DNA from: an uncultured delta proteobacterium
GTDB taxonomy: Bacteria > Desulfobacterota > RBG-13-43-22
Length of the DNA stretch: 64,000 nucleotides
Direction of reading: 5' to 3'
Assembly (NCBI GenBank): GCA_963743305.1
Contig: CAVUPH010000022.1
Location: 1 to 64,000 of the forward strand
Below are positions 44,674 to 53,074 of this stretch, piece after piece (positions within the stretch are counted from its first letter, which is position 1; each line of letters begins with the position of its first letter). The position numbers were made by a program, and so were the translations under genes. Under the pieces are notes generated by a model, which was not told where the DNA came from, made no database searches, and worked only from the letters and a program-made list of their open reading frames with translations.

Positions 44674-44700
44674 AAAGGGGAGACTCGCGGTCTCCCCTTT
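44674..44700. terminator. Hairpin terminator
   Basis: AAAGGGGAGAC-tcgcg-GTCTCCCCTTT, just after the Thr-rich gene. Confidence 0.6.
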
Positions 44701-44720
44701 CCCTGGTATAACCGGGATTC

Positions 44721-45194
44721 TTACTTCGTCGTTTCTGTCTTGGTCTTTGTGGTGGTGGTCTCCGTCTCTGTGGTGGTGGCCTTCATTTTCCTCGCTTTAC
44801 CCCTGGTGACTGAAGAGGCCATCATCTTGCCGTCTTTCTCCATGTACTTCACCGTGACCATGTCGCCGGCCTTCGCTTCGCCCTTCATCTTGGCGCCTGA
44901 AACATCGAAGGTCATCTCGGCCTTCTTGCCTTTGACGGTCATCATCTTCTCGGCCATATCCATGTTCGTGACTCTGCCCGTTAACATCAGGGCTTTGGTT
45001 CTCGTTGTTTTGGTAACTGTTTCCTTTTTTTCAGGTGTGGTAGTGGTAGTGGTAGTTGTTTCCTTCTTCGTAGGCGGGGTTGTGGTAGTCGTAGTGGTAG
45101 TGGTTTCCTTCTTCTCAGTTGTCTGCGCAACTACAGTCGTCATAAACGCAACACTAATAAGAACCGCCAAACCGACCGATAACGCTTTCTTCAT
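44721..45194 (-). CDS. Secreted Thr/Lys-rich protein with small beta-barrel (DUF5666-like) core
   Basis: Signal peptide, repeats KKETTTTTTTT(P), core TGRVTNMD..MTVKG..FDV..KAGDMVTVKY. Confidence 0.65.
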   Translation of the reverse strand: MKKALSVGLAVLISVAFMTTVVAQTTEKKETTTTTTTTTPPTKKETTTTTTTTPEKKETVTKTTRTKALMLTGRVTNMDMAEKMMTVKGKKAEMTFDVSGAKMKGEAKAGDMVTVKYMEKDGKMMASSVTRGKARKMKATTTETETTTTKTKTETTK

Positions 45195-45260
45195 GATCTT
45201 GTTCCTCCTTTGTTTTTATTCAATTCACCAGCCTCTGTCCGAGATAAGGAATACGGTCGC

Positions 45261-45575
45261 CTATTTCACGATCAGATCATTCTTGACGGATGAAACCCCC
45301 TTGACGCTACCGGCGATTTGCCCCGCCTTATCGACGGTGCTTTTAGAATCAACGAAACCGCTCAGTTGGACGACGCCCTTCTGGGTTTCGACACTGATTT
45401 GGAATGACTTGAGAAAATCATCACTTGCCAGCAGGGCTTTAACTTTGGTCGTGATGACCGAATCGTCAACATATTCACCCGTACTCTCACTTTTAGCTGT
45501 CGATGCATAGCCGGCGAAGACGACTATCATCATAAGCAGCACTAAACAACGTATTACGACATTTCTCTTTTTCAT
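45261..45575 (-). CDS. BON-domain (OsmY-like) protein
   Basis: GEYVDDSVITTKVKA, ISVETQKGVVQLSGFV, VKGVSSVKNDL. Confidence 0.9.
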   Translation of the reverse strand: MKKRNVVIRCLVLLMMIVVFAGYASTAKSESTGEYVDDSVITTKVKALLASDDFLKSFQISVETQKGVVQLSGFVDSKSTVDKAGQIAGSVKGVSSVKNDLIVK

Positions 45576-45702
45576 ACCGTTTATTCCTCCCTGTAAATTT
45601 GATTGGGTAAGGGTCATTAACAAGACCCTTGCTGCTCAACATAACCCTAAGTGGTTTCAGCTAAATTTTCCTCGACCTGCCGACCACCTCCTTTCAAATA
45701 CC

Positions 45703-46122
45703 TTACGCCTGCGGTATTCCTGTATCCTTCGCACCTCGCCTCAAATCCTCTCTGGCCTGTGTTGCTAAATTCTCATAATCGATTCGAATCTTGTCAAGGT
45801 CCTTCTCGTCTAATTCCTCTAGATCTAATAGCGCATTATGCGCACCTTCTATTACACGAATCAATTCATCTAATTTTACTTGTAAGGCCGCAGAGTCCCG
45901 ATTCTGCGTATTCTGAATTAAGAAGACCATAAGAAAAGTCACAATAGTAGTTCCAGTATTTATAACCAGTTGCCAGGTATCACTGAATTGGAAGATGGGG
46001 CCTGTAATTATCCAAATGATGATTATCGATACCGCCAGCATAAAGGCAATGGGCTGTCCGGTTTTCCTCGCAGTCATTTTTGCAAAGCGAGTAAACCAAG
46101 AAGTAGATTTAGTAGGCTTCAT
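45703..46122 (-). CDS. Low-affinity iron permease (Fet4-like) family protein
   Basis: FSDTWQLVINTGTTIVTFLMVFLIQNTQNRD..LQVKLDELI. Confidence 0.9.
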   Translation of the reverse strand: MKPTKSTSWFTRFAKMTARKTGQPIAFMLAVSIIIIWIITGPIFQFSDTWQLVINTGTTIVTFLMVFLIQNTQNRDSAALQVKLDELIRVIEGAHNALLDLEELDEKDLDKIRIDYENLATQAREDLRRGAKDTGIPQA

Positions 46123-46158
46123 AATTATTCTCTCTCTGTCGAAGGATTCGGGTTCTGT

Positions 46159-46854
46159 TTACGCGGCCTTTCCGAAAAGAGCCCCGATGCCTGCGGTCAC
46201 GGCCATGGCTAGTGCACCCCAGAACGTTACGCGCAGCGCGCCTGCCTTCGCGCTTGCGCCGCCGGCGCGCGCAGCCAACCCACCCAGGAGCGCGAGAAAC
46301 AGCAGGGACACTCCAGCGACGAGAGGTACCAGGTTCGTCGCGGGTACTATGACGACGGTCAAAAGAGGCAGGGCGGCTCCAACGGCGAATGTGCTCGCCG
46401 ACGTGAGCGCCGCTTGAATCGGGCGCGCTGTGAGAATAGCGGAGATACCCAGTTCGTCGCGGGCGTGCGCGCCTATCGCGTCGCGAGCCATAAGTTGCCT
46501 GGCGACCTCCTTCGCCAGCGAAGGATCCAGGCCGCGACCCATGTAGATCCCGGCCAATTCCTCCGTCTCGTTTTCTTTGTCCGCGGAGAGTCCCTTGCGC
46601 TCAAGCACGAGGTCGGCCCGTTCGGTGTCCGACTGCGAGCTGACCGAGACGTACTCGCCGGCAGCCATCGCCATAGCTCCCGCGACCAGCCCGGCGGCTC
46701 CCGCGACCACTAAGCCGCTGTGAGTCGCCTGCGCGGCCGCTACCCCGAGCAGCAAGCTGGCTGTCGAAACGATGCCGTCGTTCGCACCCAAGACGGCCGC
46801 GCGAAGCCAGCCGATGCGTTGCATGCGGTGCCGTTCCCGGTGGAATATACGCAT
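46159..46854 (-). CDS. VIT1/CCC1 family transporter
   Basis: WLRAAVLGANDGIVS, AMAAGEYVSVSSQ, HARDELG. Confidence 0.9.
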   Translation of the reverse strand: MRIFHRERHRMQRIGWLRAAVLGANDGIVSTASLLLGVAAAQATHSGLVVAGAAGLVAGAMAMAAGEYVSVSSQSDTERADLVLERKGLSADKENETEELAGIYMGRGLDPSLAKEVARQLMARDAIGAHARDELGISAILTARPIQAALTSASTFAVGAALPLLTVVIVPATNLVPLVAGVSLLFLALLGGLAARAGGASAKAGALRVTFWGALAMAVTAGIGALFGKAA

Positions 46855-46965
46855 TCTCTTGGCTAACCTTGTCCGGTTGGCTTCTCAACCAACTGGATTC
46901 TCCAGACTTTTCCTGGCGCTAAATAAGACTCTGCTTTTGCGTCAAAATAATGTGAAAAGTGGCCC

Positions 46966-47055
46966 CTATCGTCGTCTAGTCCAATAGTAACCGCCGCCCC
47001 CGCCGAACAATATGACCAACACGACAATGATAATGATGAGCGTTGTATTATCCAT
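46966..47055 (-). CDS. 29-aa single-TM microprotein, copy 1
   Basis: MDNTTLIIIIVVLVILFGGGGGYYWTRRR*, AAGGA RBS; paralog at 55210. Confidence 0.75.
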   Translation of the reverse strand: MDNTTLIIIIVVLVILFGGGGGYYWTRRR

Positions 47056-47119
47056 GATAATTTTCCTTTTTTTGTTGAACATGGGTGTCAGTTTCGAGGT
47101 TTTCCGTTGACCGCTCTCC

Positions 47120-47299
47120 CTACTTTCCCAGGGCCTTCTCGACTTGGCCGATCTTTTCTTGCGCTTTGCCGGCCACCTTTTCGACTTTCCCTTCTGCTTC
47201 CAATAAAGGTTTTTTGCTGAGTTTCCCGGCGACTTCCTTGACCTTACCCTTCACTTCGTGAAACGTTCCTTCCGCCTGGTCCTTCGTGCTGGGTTTCAT
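47120..47299 (-). CDS. CsbD family general stress protein
   Basis: AGGAGG RBS; MKPSTKDQAEGTFHEVKGKVKEVAGK..LEAEGKVEKVAGKAQEKIG. Confidence 0.9.
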   Translation of the reverse strand: MKPSTKDQAEGTFHEVKGKVKEVAGKLSKKPLLEAEGKVEKVAGKAQEKIGQVEKALGK

Positions 47300-47472
47300 G
47301 GTATTCTCCTCCTGATGTTTTAGATTTCTCATTGTCTGTCCCTTGTCGGAAAAATCTTTCCGGGCCAGGTGATCGCTTCATTTCCAAATAGTTTGCCTTC
47401 TCCGGGAAGGGGTCAAATCGCACCAATCATCTTCGTCCTTCGTATGACTACCAGGATCATAAAGATGGTTAG

Positions 47473-47488
47473 TGCAAAGGGGTTGCCA
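47473..47488 (-). promoter_or_regulatory. sigma54 (-24/-12) promoter of the csbD operon
   Basis: Minus strand TGGCA-ACCCCT-TTGCA, 98 bp from UAS copy 2. Confidence 0.75.
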
Positions 47489-47585
47489 AAATTCCGGAAA
47501 AGGCAGAAGCTCGAAATCTAATCTGATATCGGACTTTTAGATTAACAGGAGAGGATAGGTCTAAAGGTTGGAATGATGAGTGGAG

Positions 47586-47619
47586 CCTCCATATTTGGTG
47601 GAACCTCCATATATCGAGG
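47586..47619. promoter_or_regulatory. 34-bp palindromic UAS, copy 2
   Basis: CCTCCATATTTGGTGGAACCTCCATATATCGAGG. Confidence 0.65.
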
Positions 47620-47644
47620 GGATCTTTGAGGGGCGCCGAACAGC

Positions 47645-49405
47645 TTAATCCGAATCTTTGATCTTCGGACGGGATATTCCGAGCTTATGCATCCTGGCCC
47701 TCAAGGTGCTGGGGTGGAGACCCAGGATGGCTGCGGCCCCGTTCTTTCCTTCGAGGCGCCATCGGGTTTCCGTCAGGGTGTTGAGGATTTGGTTTCGTTC
47801 CGCCTCTTCCAAGGTATTCATACCCGCTGAAAAGGGGAGGGAGGCGATCTCCAGTTTATCCGTCAATTGCAGGACCGGCCCTGGGCATAAGATCACGGCT
47901 CGTTCAATGATACTTTCCAACTCCCGGATATTCCCGGGCCAATGGTAATCCTGGAGGGCCTTCATGGTTTCCTTTTGGATAGAGGTGATCTGCTTCCCCA
48001 GTTTTCTGGCATAGCGCTCCGTGAAGGCCTGGACCAGGATCGGTATGTCTTCCTGGCGCTGCCGCAAGGGAGGGACCGTAATGGGGAAGACATTCAGCCG
48101 ATAGTAAAGATCCTGACGAAACAGGCCTTTACGGACCTCCTCTTCGAGATTTCGGTTGGTCGTGGCCACGATTCGTACATCGACTTTAATGGTCCGGGAT
48201 GAGCCCAGGCGCTCAAACTCGCTATGCTGGATCACCCGGAGCAGTTTGGCCTGTAACTCCAGCGGCAGCTCCCCGATCTCATCCAGACAAAGGGTAGAGC
48301 CATGGGCGATCTCAAACCGGCCTATCTGCCGGGTATCGGCCCCGGTAAAAGCCCCCTTCTCCCGGCCGAACAATTCGCTCTCTATTAAGTTGGCCGGCAG
48401 GGCGGCGCAGTTGACGGTGATCAGCGGCCGATCCCGGCGGGGGCTCAGGTTGTGGATGACGGCGGCGATCAGTTCTTTTCCCGTCCCGGTCTCCCCGAGG
48501 ATGAGGACCGTTGTGGTCTGAGGGGCGACCTGTTCCGCTCGATAAAGAACGTATTTGAGACCATCGCTTTGGCCGAGAATGTGGTCGTAGGGTTGTTTCT
48601 TTTTGGCTTCTTGACGGAAATAGATATTCTCGGCCTCGAGCCGGTCTTTCAAGGTCTTGATTTCAGAAAGGGCTTGGCGAAGGGATTCTTCGTCCTGGTG
48701 GTGTTCTTTAATTTCCTTCCCCAGATGCTTGTTGGCTGTCCGAAGTTCGCTGGTCCGCTCCTCCACCCGTCGTTCCAGTCCATTGTGGGCTTTTTGCAAG
48801 GCCCCGGCCAGACGTTTCCGTTCGGTGATATCGCTCATGACCATGCGGTACTCGGGAGGTTCAGCGGCTTCTTGCGCGGCGGAGGCTTCCAGTCGCGCCC
48901 AGAATTCCGTTCCGTCCTTTTTCGCCATGCGCAGTTCGCACTCCTGCAGAGCCCCGGTTTCAAGAAGCAGTTTGTGCTGCCGATAATAGATATCCTGGTC
49001 CTCGGGGATGACGAACCGGGCGATCGGCTGCTTGACCAATGCCCGCCGATCCAGGCCGAGCATTTGGGCGGCAGTGAGATTCGCTTCCCAAATCAGCCCC
49101 TGCTCGCTGAGGGTGACATAGCCCACCGGCGCCAGATTGTAGAGGTCGAAATAGCGCGATCGAGCGGTTTCCAGTTCCATCTGGGCCCGGCGCAGCTCAT
49201 CGTTCTGCATCTCCAGCTCGATCTGGTGCACCCGCAGTTCATGGAGCGTCTGCCGCGTTTCTTCGGGCGATAGGACCACCGGGGCTTTCGACGACCGGGC
49301 TGCTTTTCCCCGGGCGATCTCTTCGGCCTGTCCGCGTAGAGCTTGCCCTGAGCTGGTCGAAGGGGCGGCTTGTTCGGGACGATCAGCCTTGCTTTTCGTT
49401 GTCAT
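47645..49405 (-). CDS. sigma54-dependent enhancer-binding protein (coiled-coil/PAS - AAA+ - Fis HTH)
   Basis: GETGTGKE, ESELFGREKGAFTGA, LDEIG, DLYYRLNVF, WPGNIREL, AAAILGL..STLRARM. Confidence 0.95.
   Translation of the reverse strand: MTTKSKADRPEQAAPSTSSGQALRGQAEEIARGKAARSSKAPVVLSPEETRQTLHELRVHQIELEMQNDELRRAQMELETARSRYFDLYNLAPVGYVTLSEQGLIWEANLTAAQMLGLDRRALVKQPIARFVIPEDQDIYYRQHKLLLETGALQECELRMAKKDGTEFWARLEASAAQEAAEPPEYRMVMSDITERKRLAGALQKAHNGLERRVEERTSELRTANKHLGKEIKEHHQDEESLRQALSEIKTLKDRLEAENIYFRQEAKKKQPYDHILGQSDGLKYVLYRAEQVAPQTTTVLILGETGTGKELIAAVIHNLSPRRDRPLITVNCAALPANLIESELFGREKGAFTGADTRQIGRFEIAHGSTLCLDEIGELPLELQAKLLRVIQHSEFERLGSSRTIKVDVRIVATTNRNLEEEVRKGLFRQDLYYRLNVFPITVPPLRQRQEDIPILVQAFTERYARKLGKQITSIQKETMKALQDYHWPGNIRELESIIERAVILCPGPVLQLTDKLEIASLPFSAGMNTLEEAERNQILNTLTETRWRLEGKNGAAAILGLHPSTLRARMHKLGISRPKIKDSD
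49341..49364 (-). repeat. REP-like element inserted in-frame in the bEBP N-terminus
   Basis: CCCTTCGACCAGCTCAGGGCAAGC encodes PSTSSGQA; same repeat family as 17968-18049. Confidence 0.6.
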
Positions 49406-49799
49406 CCTCGATCATTTCCAGGCGGTGTTTCTGAATCCCATGTTGCTCTCCAAGGGGATGAACCCTCTTTTGGTCAGTTTGGTTAGGAAGCTTTGCCGCA
49501 GAGCCACCTTGCCTAACCCTCTAATTTTTGAATATATTATAGTTTTTAGGAGGAAAAGTAAATGAAAAAAAACGATTAGCGAAGGCCGGGACCAAGAGGC
49601 GGTCTTTTTTTGCGAAATCCAGGTTGCCGGGTATTTACTTCTTAAGTCTATTTAGATAGCATAAACGGGTAGTCAAATAAAAGCCTCCTAATCGTGTGGC
49701 GAGTAAGGAAATGAGGAAAGAGAAGATGATCCATCTCGGGAATCACGGTTTAGGGCGATCCGGGCCGCAAAGCTTGGGGATTGTTCGATCGGGGAACGC

Positions 49800-50873
49800 G
49801 TGGTGACGCCTTCCCCGGTTTGTTCCTACAACGAATGGGACCCGCTCGAGGAGGTCGTGGTCGGTCGACTCGAGGGCGCGATGATCCCGTCCAAACACCT
49901 CACGGTCAGCTTCAACATCCCCCGGAGACTGATGAGGATCTATAAGCTGGTCGCCGGGCTTCCCTATCCCAAGTTTGTCGTGCGCCCGGCCCAGCGCGAA
50001 CTGGACGAGTTCATTCACATCCTCGAGGCGGAAGGCATCACCGTGCGCCGGCCGGCGGTGACGGACTTCTCCGTCACCTACAAGACGCCGCACTGGAAGT
50101 CGAAGGGCTTTTGCGCAGCCTGCCCGAGAGACGGGCTGCTCGTCGTGGGCGATGAGATCATCGAGACGCCGATGGCCTGGCGGTCTCGTTACTTCGAGGT
50201 GGACGCCTACCGCCCGCTGCTCAAGGAGTACACCGCGAGAGGGGCGAAGTGGACCACCGCGCCGCGTCCTTCGCTGGTCGATGCGCTCTACAACCAGGAC
50301 TATCGTCTCCCCGAGCCGGGCGAGCCGATCCCCTTCGTCGTGAACGAGTATGAGCCCGTTTTCGATGCCGCCGACTTTGTCCGTTGCGGCCGGGACCTCT
50401 TCGGCATCCGCAGCAACGTGACGAACGAGTCCGGCATTCACTGGCTCCGGACCCATCTCGGCGACAGATTCCGCATCACCCTGCTCGAGACCCGCTGTCG
50501 CCAGCCCATGCACATCGACTCGAGCCTGATGCCGCTCGCACCGGGGAAGCTGCTGCTCAATGCGGACTACATCGATCCGAGCCGGCTCCCGCCGCTGTTC
50601 GCCTCGTGGGACATTCTCCTCGCCCCCGAACCGAACCCCGTCCCCTGGCGCATCCCCTCATTGTGCAGCCGTTGGCTGAGCATCAATGTGTTGATGCTCG
50701 ACGAGAAGCGAGTCATCGTGGAGCGGTCGCAGGTGTCTCTCATCAAGAAACTCAAGGACTGGGGTTTCGCGCCAATCCCCTGTTCCTTTGCCAACTATGC
50801 CCCCTTCGGCGGCTCCTTCCACTGCGCGACCCTGGACGTGCGAAGGAGAGGCGAGCCGCGGTCGTACTTCTGA
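49800..50873 (+). CDS. Amidinotransferase (glycine/inosamine-phosphate amidinotransferase family)
   Basis: NEWDPLEEVVVG, CPRD, FDAAD, MHID, GGSFHCAT (catalytic Cys/His/Asp). Confidence 0.9.
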   Translation: MVTPSPVCSYNEWDPLEEVVVGRLEGAMIPSKHLTVSFNIPRRLMRIYKLVAGLPYPKFVVRPAQRELDEFIHILEAEGITVRRPAVTDFSVTYKTPHWKSKGFCAACPRDGLLVVGDEIIETPMAWRSRYFEVDAYRPLLKEYTARGAKWTTAPRPSLVDALYNQDYRLPEPGEPIPFVVNEYEPVFDAADFVRCGRDLFGIRSNVTNESGIHWLRTHLGDRFRITLLETRCRQPMHIDSSLMPLAPGKLLLNADYIDPSRLPPLFASWDILLAPEPNPVPWRIPSLCSRWLSINVLMLDEKRVIVERSQVSLIKKLKDWGFAPIPCSFANYAPFGGSFHCATLDVRRRGEPRSYF

Positions 50874-50983
50874 GCGCCGATTTTTCAGGTGAGCCGCCTC
50901 AGATGAGCCATTGGGGGAGCATTCCCGGCAGAGGCCGGCCCTCAGCATCCCTTTCCCTTTCCTCCTCAAACGGAGGAGGAGGG

Positions 50984-52483
50984 TTACCCTCTCCCATAGG
51001 TCTCGGTCAGAGAACGGAGTTGGGCAGTGACGGCCTCGCTGAGCTGTTCCGGCTTAAACCTCCAGGTCCAATTGCCGTGAGCAACCGATGGTTTGTTCAT
51101 CCGGGCTTCCTGGCCGAGGCCCAAGACGTCCTGCAGGGGGAAGATCGCCGTATCGGCCACAGACATCATGGCCAGCCGGATGAGCTCCCAGTTGACGTCC
51201 GGGGACGCGATTTTTCTGCCCAGGTACCGGAAGAGCCTCTCTAACTCCTCGGGCCGGGCCTCACGGTCGAACCAGCCTCTGGCCGTGTTGTTATCGTGCG
51301 TGCCGGTATAAACCACGCAGTTCCTTCCGTAGTTGTGGGGCAGATAGCTGTGCAGGGGATCGTCCTCGCCAAAGGCAAAGAGAAGGATCTTCATCCCTGG
51401 GAGGCCCAGACGGGTGATGGTTTCGCTGACGTCGGGCGTGATGATTCCCAGGTCTTCCGCAATCAGAGGGAGGCGGGGGAAAGAGCTGCCGAGCCGGTCA
51501 AAGAAGTCATCCGTGGGCACCTCCACCCAGCACCCGTTCACCGCGCTCTTCTCCTGAACAGGCACTTCCCAATAGGCCACGAGCCCCCGGAAGTGGTCTA
51601 CCCTAACCAGGTCGCAGAGGCGCAGCGAGTGGCCCATTCGCTCTACCCACCAGGCATAACCGGTCTCCCGGAGGGCATTCCAATCGTACACCGGATTACC
51701 CCACAACTGACCGCTGGAGCTGAAATAGTCGGGTGGCACCCCTGCCACCGCAACGGGCCGTTTCTCTCCGTCGAGTTTGAATATCTCCCGATGGGCCCAC
51801 ACGTCGGCGCTGTCATAGCTGACGTAAATGGGGATGTCGCCGACGATCTGTATGCCGCGACGGTTACAGTACTCCTTTATCTCCTTCCATTGTTCGAAAA
51901 AGAGGTACTGTTCAAATTTTTCCCTTTCTATGTCCGCCGCGCATTCGGTTTGGACCGCGGCCATTTTCTCAGTTACCCTGTCCCTCAATTCCACGGGCCA
52001 TTCGCTCCAGGGCCTGCCGTCAAAGCGCTTTTTCAGGGCGACGAAAAACGAGTAGTTGTCGAGCCAGGAGGCATTATCCAGACAAAAACGGTCAAACCGG
52101 TCCCGATAGGTACCGTTCTTGCTGAAACGGTCATAGGCGCGGTCCAGTACCGTTTTCTTGTAGTCGTTTACGGCATCGTAGTCGCATCGTTCCTCGGAAA
52201 AGGTGTGTTGGCCGTCCAGCAGCGAAGCATCCAGGAGACCGTCTCGGACCAGCAAGTCGGGACTGATGAGGAGGGTATTTCCCGCAAAGGTGGAGACGCT
52301 GCTATAGGGGGAGTTGCCGTAGGCGGACACGGTGGGGCTCAGGGGAAGGACCTGCCAGAAACGCTGTCTCGTTTTCTCCAGAAAATCGGCAAACCGATAG
52401 GCCCAGGGTCCGAGATCGCCGATGCCGTAAGGGGATGGAAGGGACGTGACGTGGAGAAGAATTCCAGAGCCTCTTTTATTCAT
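50984..52483 (-). CDS. malQ: 4-alpha-glucanotransferase (GH77)
   Basis: GILLHVTSLPS, WQVLPL, GVPPDYFS..GQLWGNP, RVDHFRG, IAEDLG, YTGTHDN. Confidence 0.95.
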   Translation of the reverse strand: MNKRGSGILLHVTSLPSPYGIGDLGPWAYRFADFLEKTRQRFWQVLPLSPTVSAYGNSPYSSVSTFAGNTLLISPDLLVRDGLLDASLLDGQHTFSEERCDYDAVNDYKKTVLDRAYDRFSKNGTYRDRFDRFCLDNASWLDNYSFFVALKKRFDGRPWSEWPVELRDRVTEKMAAVQTECAADIEREKFEQYLFFEQWKEIKEYCNRRGIQIVGDIPIYVSYDSADVWAHREIFKLDGEKRPVAVAGVPPDYFSSSGQLWGNPVYDWNALRETGYAWWVERMGHSLRLCDLVRVDHFRGLVAYWEVPVQEKSAVNGCWVEVPTDDFFDRLGSSFPRLPLIAEDLGIITPDVSETITRLGLPGMKILLFAFGEDDPLHSYLPHNYGRNCVVYTGTHDNNTARGWFDREARPEELERLFRYLGRKIASPDVNWELIRLAMMSVADTAIFPLQDVLGLGQEARMNKPSVAHGNWTWRFKPEQLSEAVTAQLRSLTETYGRG

Positions 52484-52588
52484 GCAGTTTTTTTAATCCT
52501 TTCCGCCGTCAACCGGGGTTGCCGACGCGAAAAAAATAAACCAACGAAGTGCGAGGACCAGGATACTCGGCGTATGGTCATCGCGAGG

Positions 52589-53065
52589 TTATGCCAGCCG
52601 CAGCAGGATCAACGACGCCCGGGCATCCCCTGGGCTTATGTCGGGCACGATCCTCAACTCCAACACCGTCACCCCGTGGAGGTTGAGGGCGTAGTCTTCA
52701 ACCTCGCGGGTCGTGCCGGGCGGACTGAACGTATACTGCTGGCGCAGAATCTCCCGGTAGGACCGCCCGCCATCCCCCGACCATCGGAGCACAAACTCCT
52801 GGGTCCGCTCCCGGCGCTCTTCCTCAAATTCAAGATGAATTTGCCTGAGTGCTTGCGGCTCGTCAAACACCAGGCGGATGGTCTGCTCCCCGGGTTCGCC
52901 GGCCAGCCAGCCTGGCCCACCGCCGGCGGTCAGCGCCGACTCAACGGGATGTCCGGCATCTTCGGAGGTAATCTCTACCTGCGCTAGACGCTCCAGGTCG
53001 AGCCAGTCCTGATCGACGAATGAGGATCCCTGTGGACTTCGATTGATCATCCGTTTGCGCATCAT
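52589..53065 (-). CDS. Galactose-binding-like fold hypothetical (carbohydrate-binding) protein
   Basis: WLDLERLAQVEITSED..HPVESAL, GEQTIRLVFD, EILRQQYTFSP. Confidence 0.6.
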   Translation of the reverse strand: MMRKRMINRSPQGSSFVDQDWLDLERLAQVEITSEDAGHPVESALTAGGGPGWLAGEPGEQTIRLVFDEPQALRQIHLEFEEERRERTQEFVLRWSGDGGRSYREILRQQYTFSPPGTTREVEDYALNLHGVTVLELRIVPDISPGDARASLILLRLA

Positions 53066-53074
53066 AGGCCGAAC

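Noticed and set aside
44647-45510. 287-aa Val-rich plus-strand ORF
   Set aside because: Antisense shadow of the Thr-rich and BON genes; poly-Val is the complement of poly-Thr.
52505-52535. CCGGGGTTGCCG resembling the 3' end of a c-di-GMP-I riboswitch
   Set aside because: The upstream GCAAA/tetraloop elements are absent and the orientation is opposite to the flanking genes.
51296-52987. 563-aa plus-strand ORF, and similar long antisense ORFs at 6941-8698, 2366-3418 and 63027-63908
   Set aside because: Shadows of well-supported genes on the opposite strand in GC-rich DNA, with no recognisable motifs.
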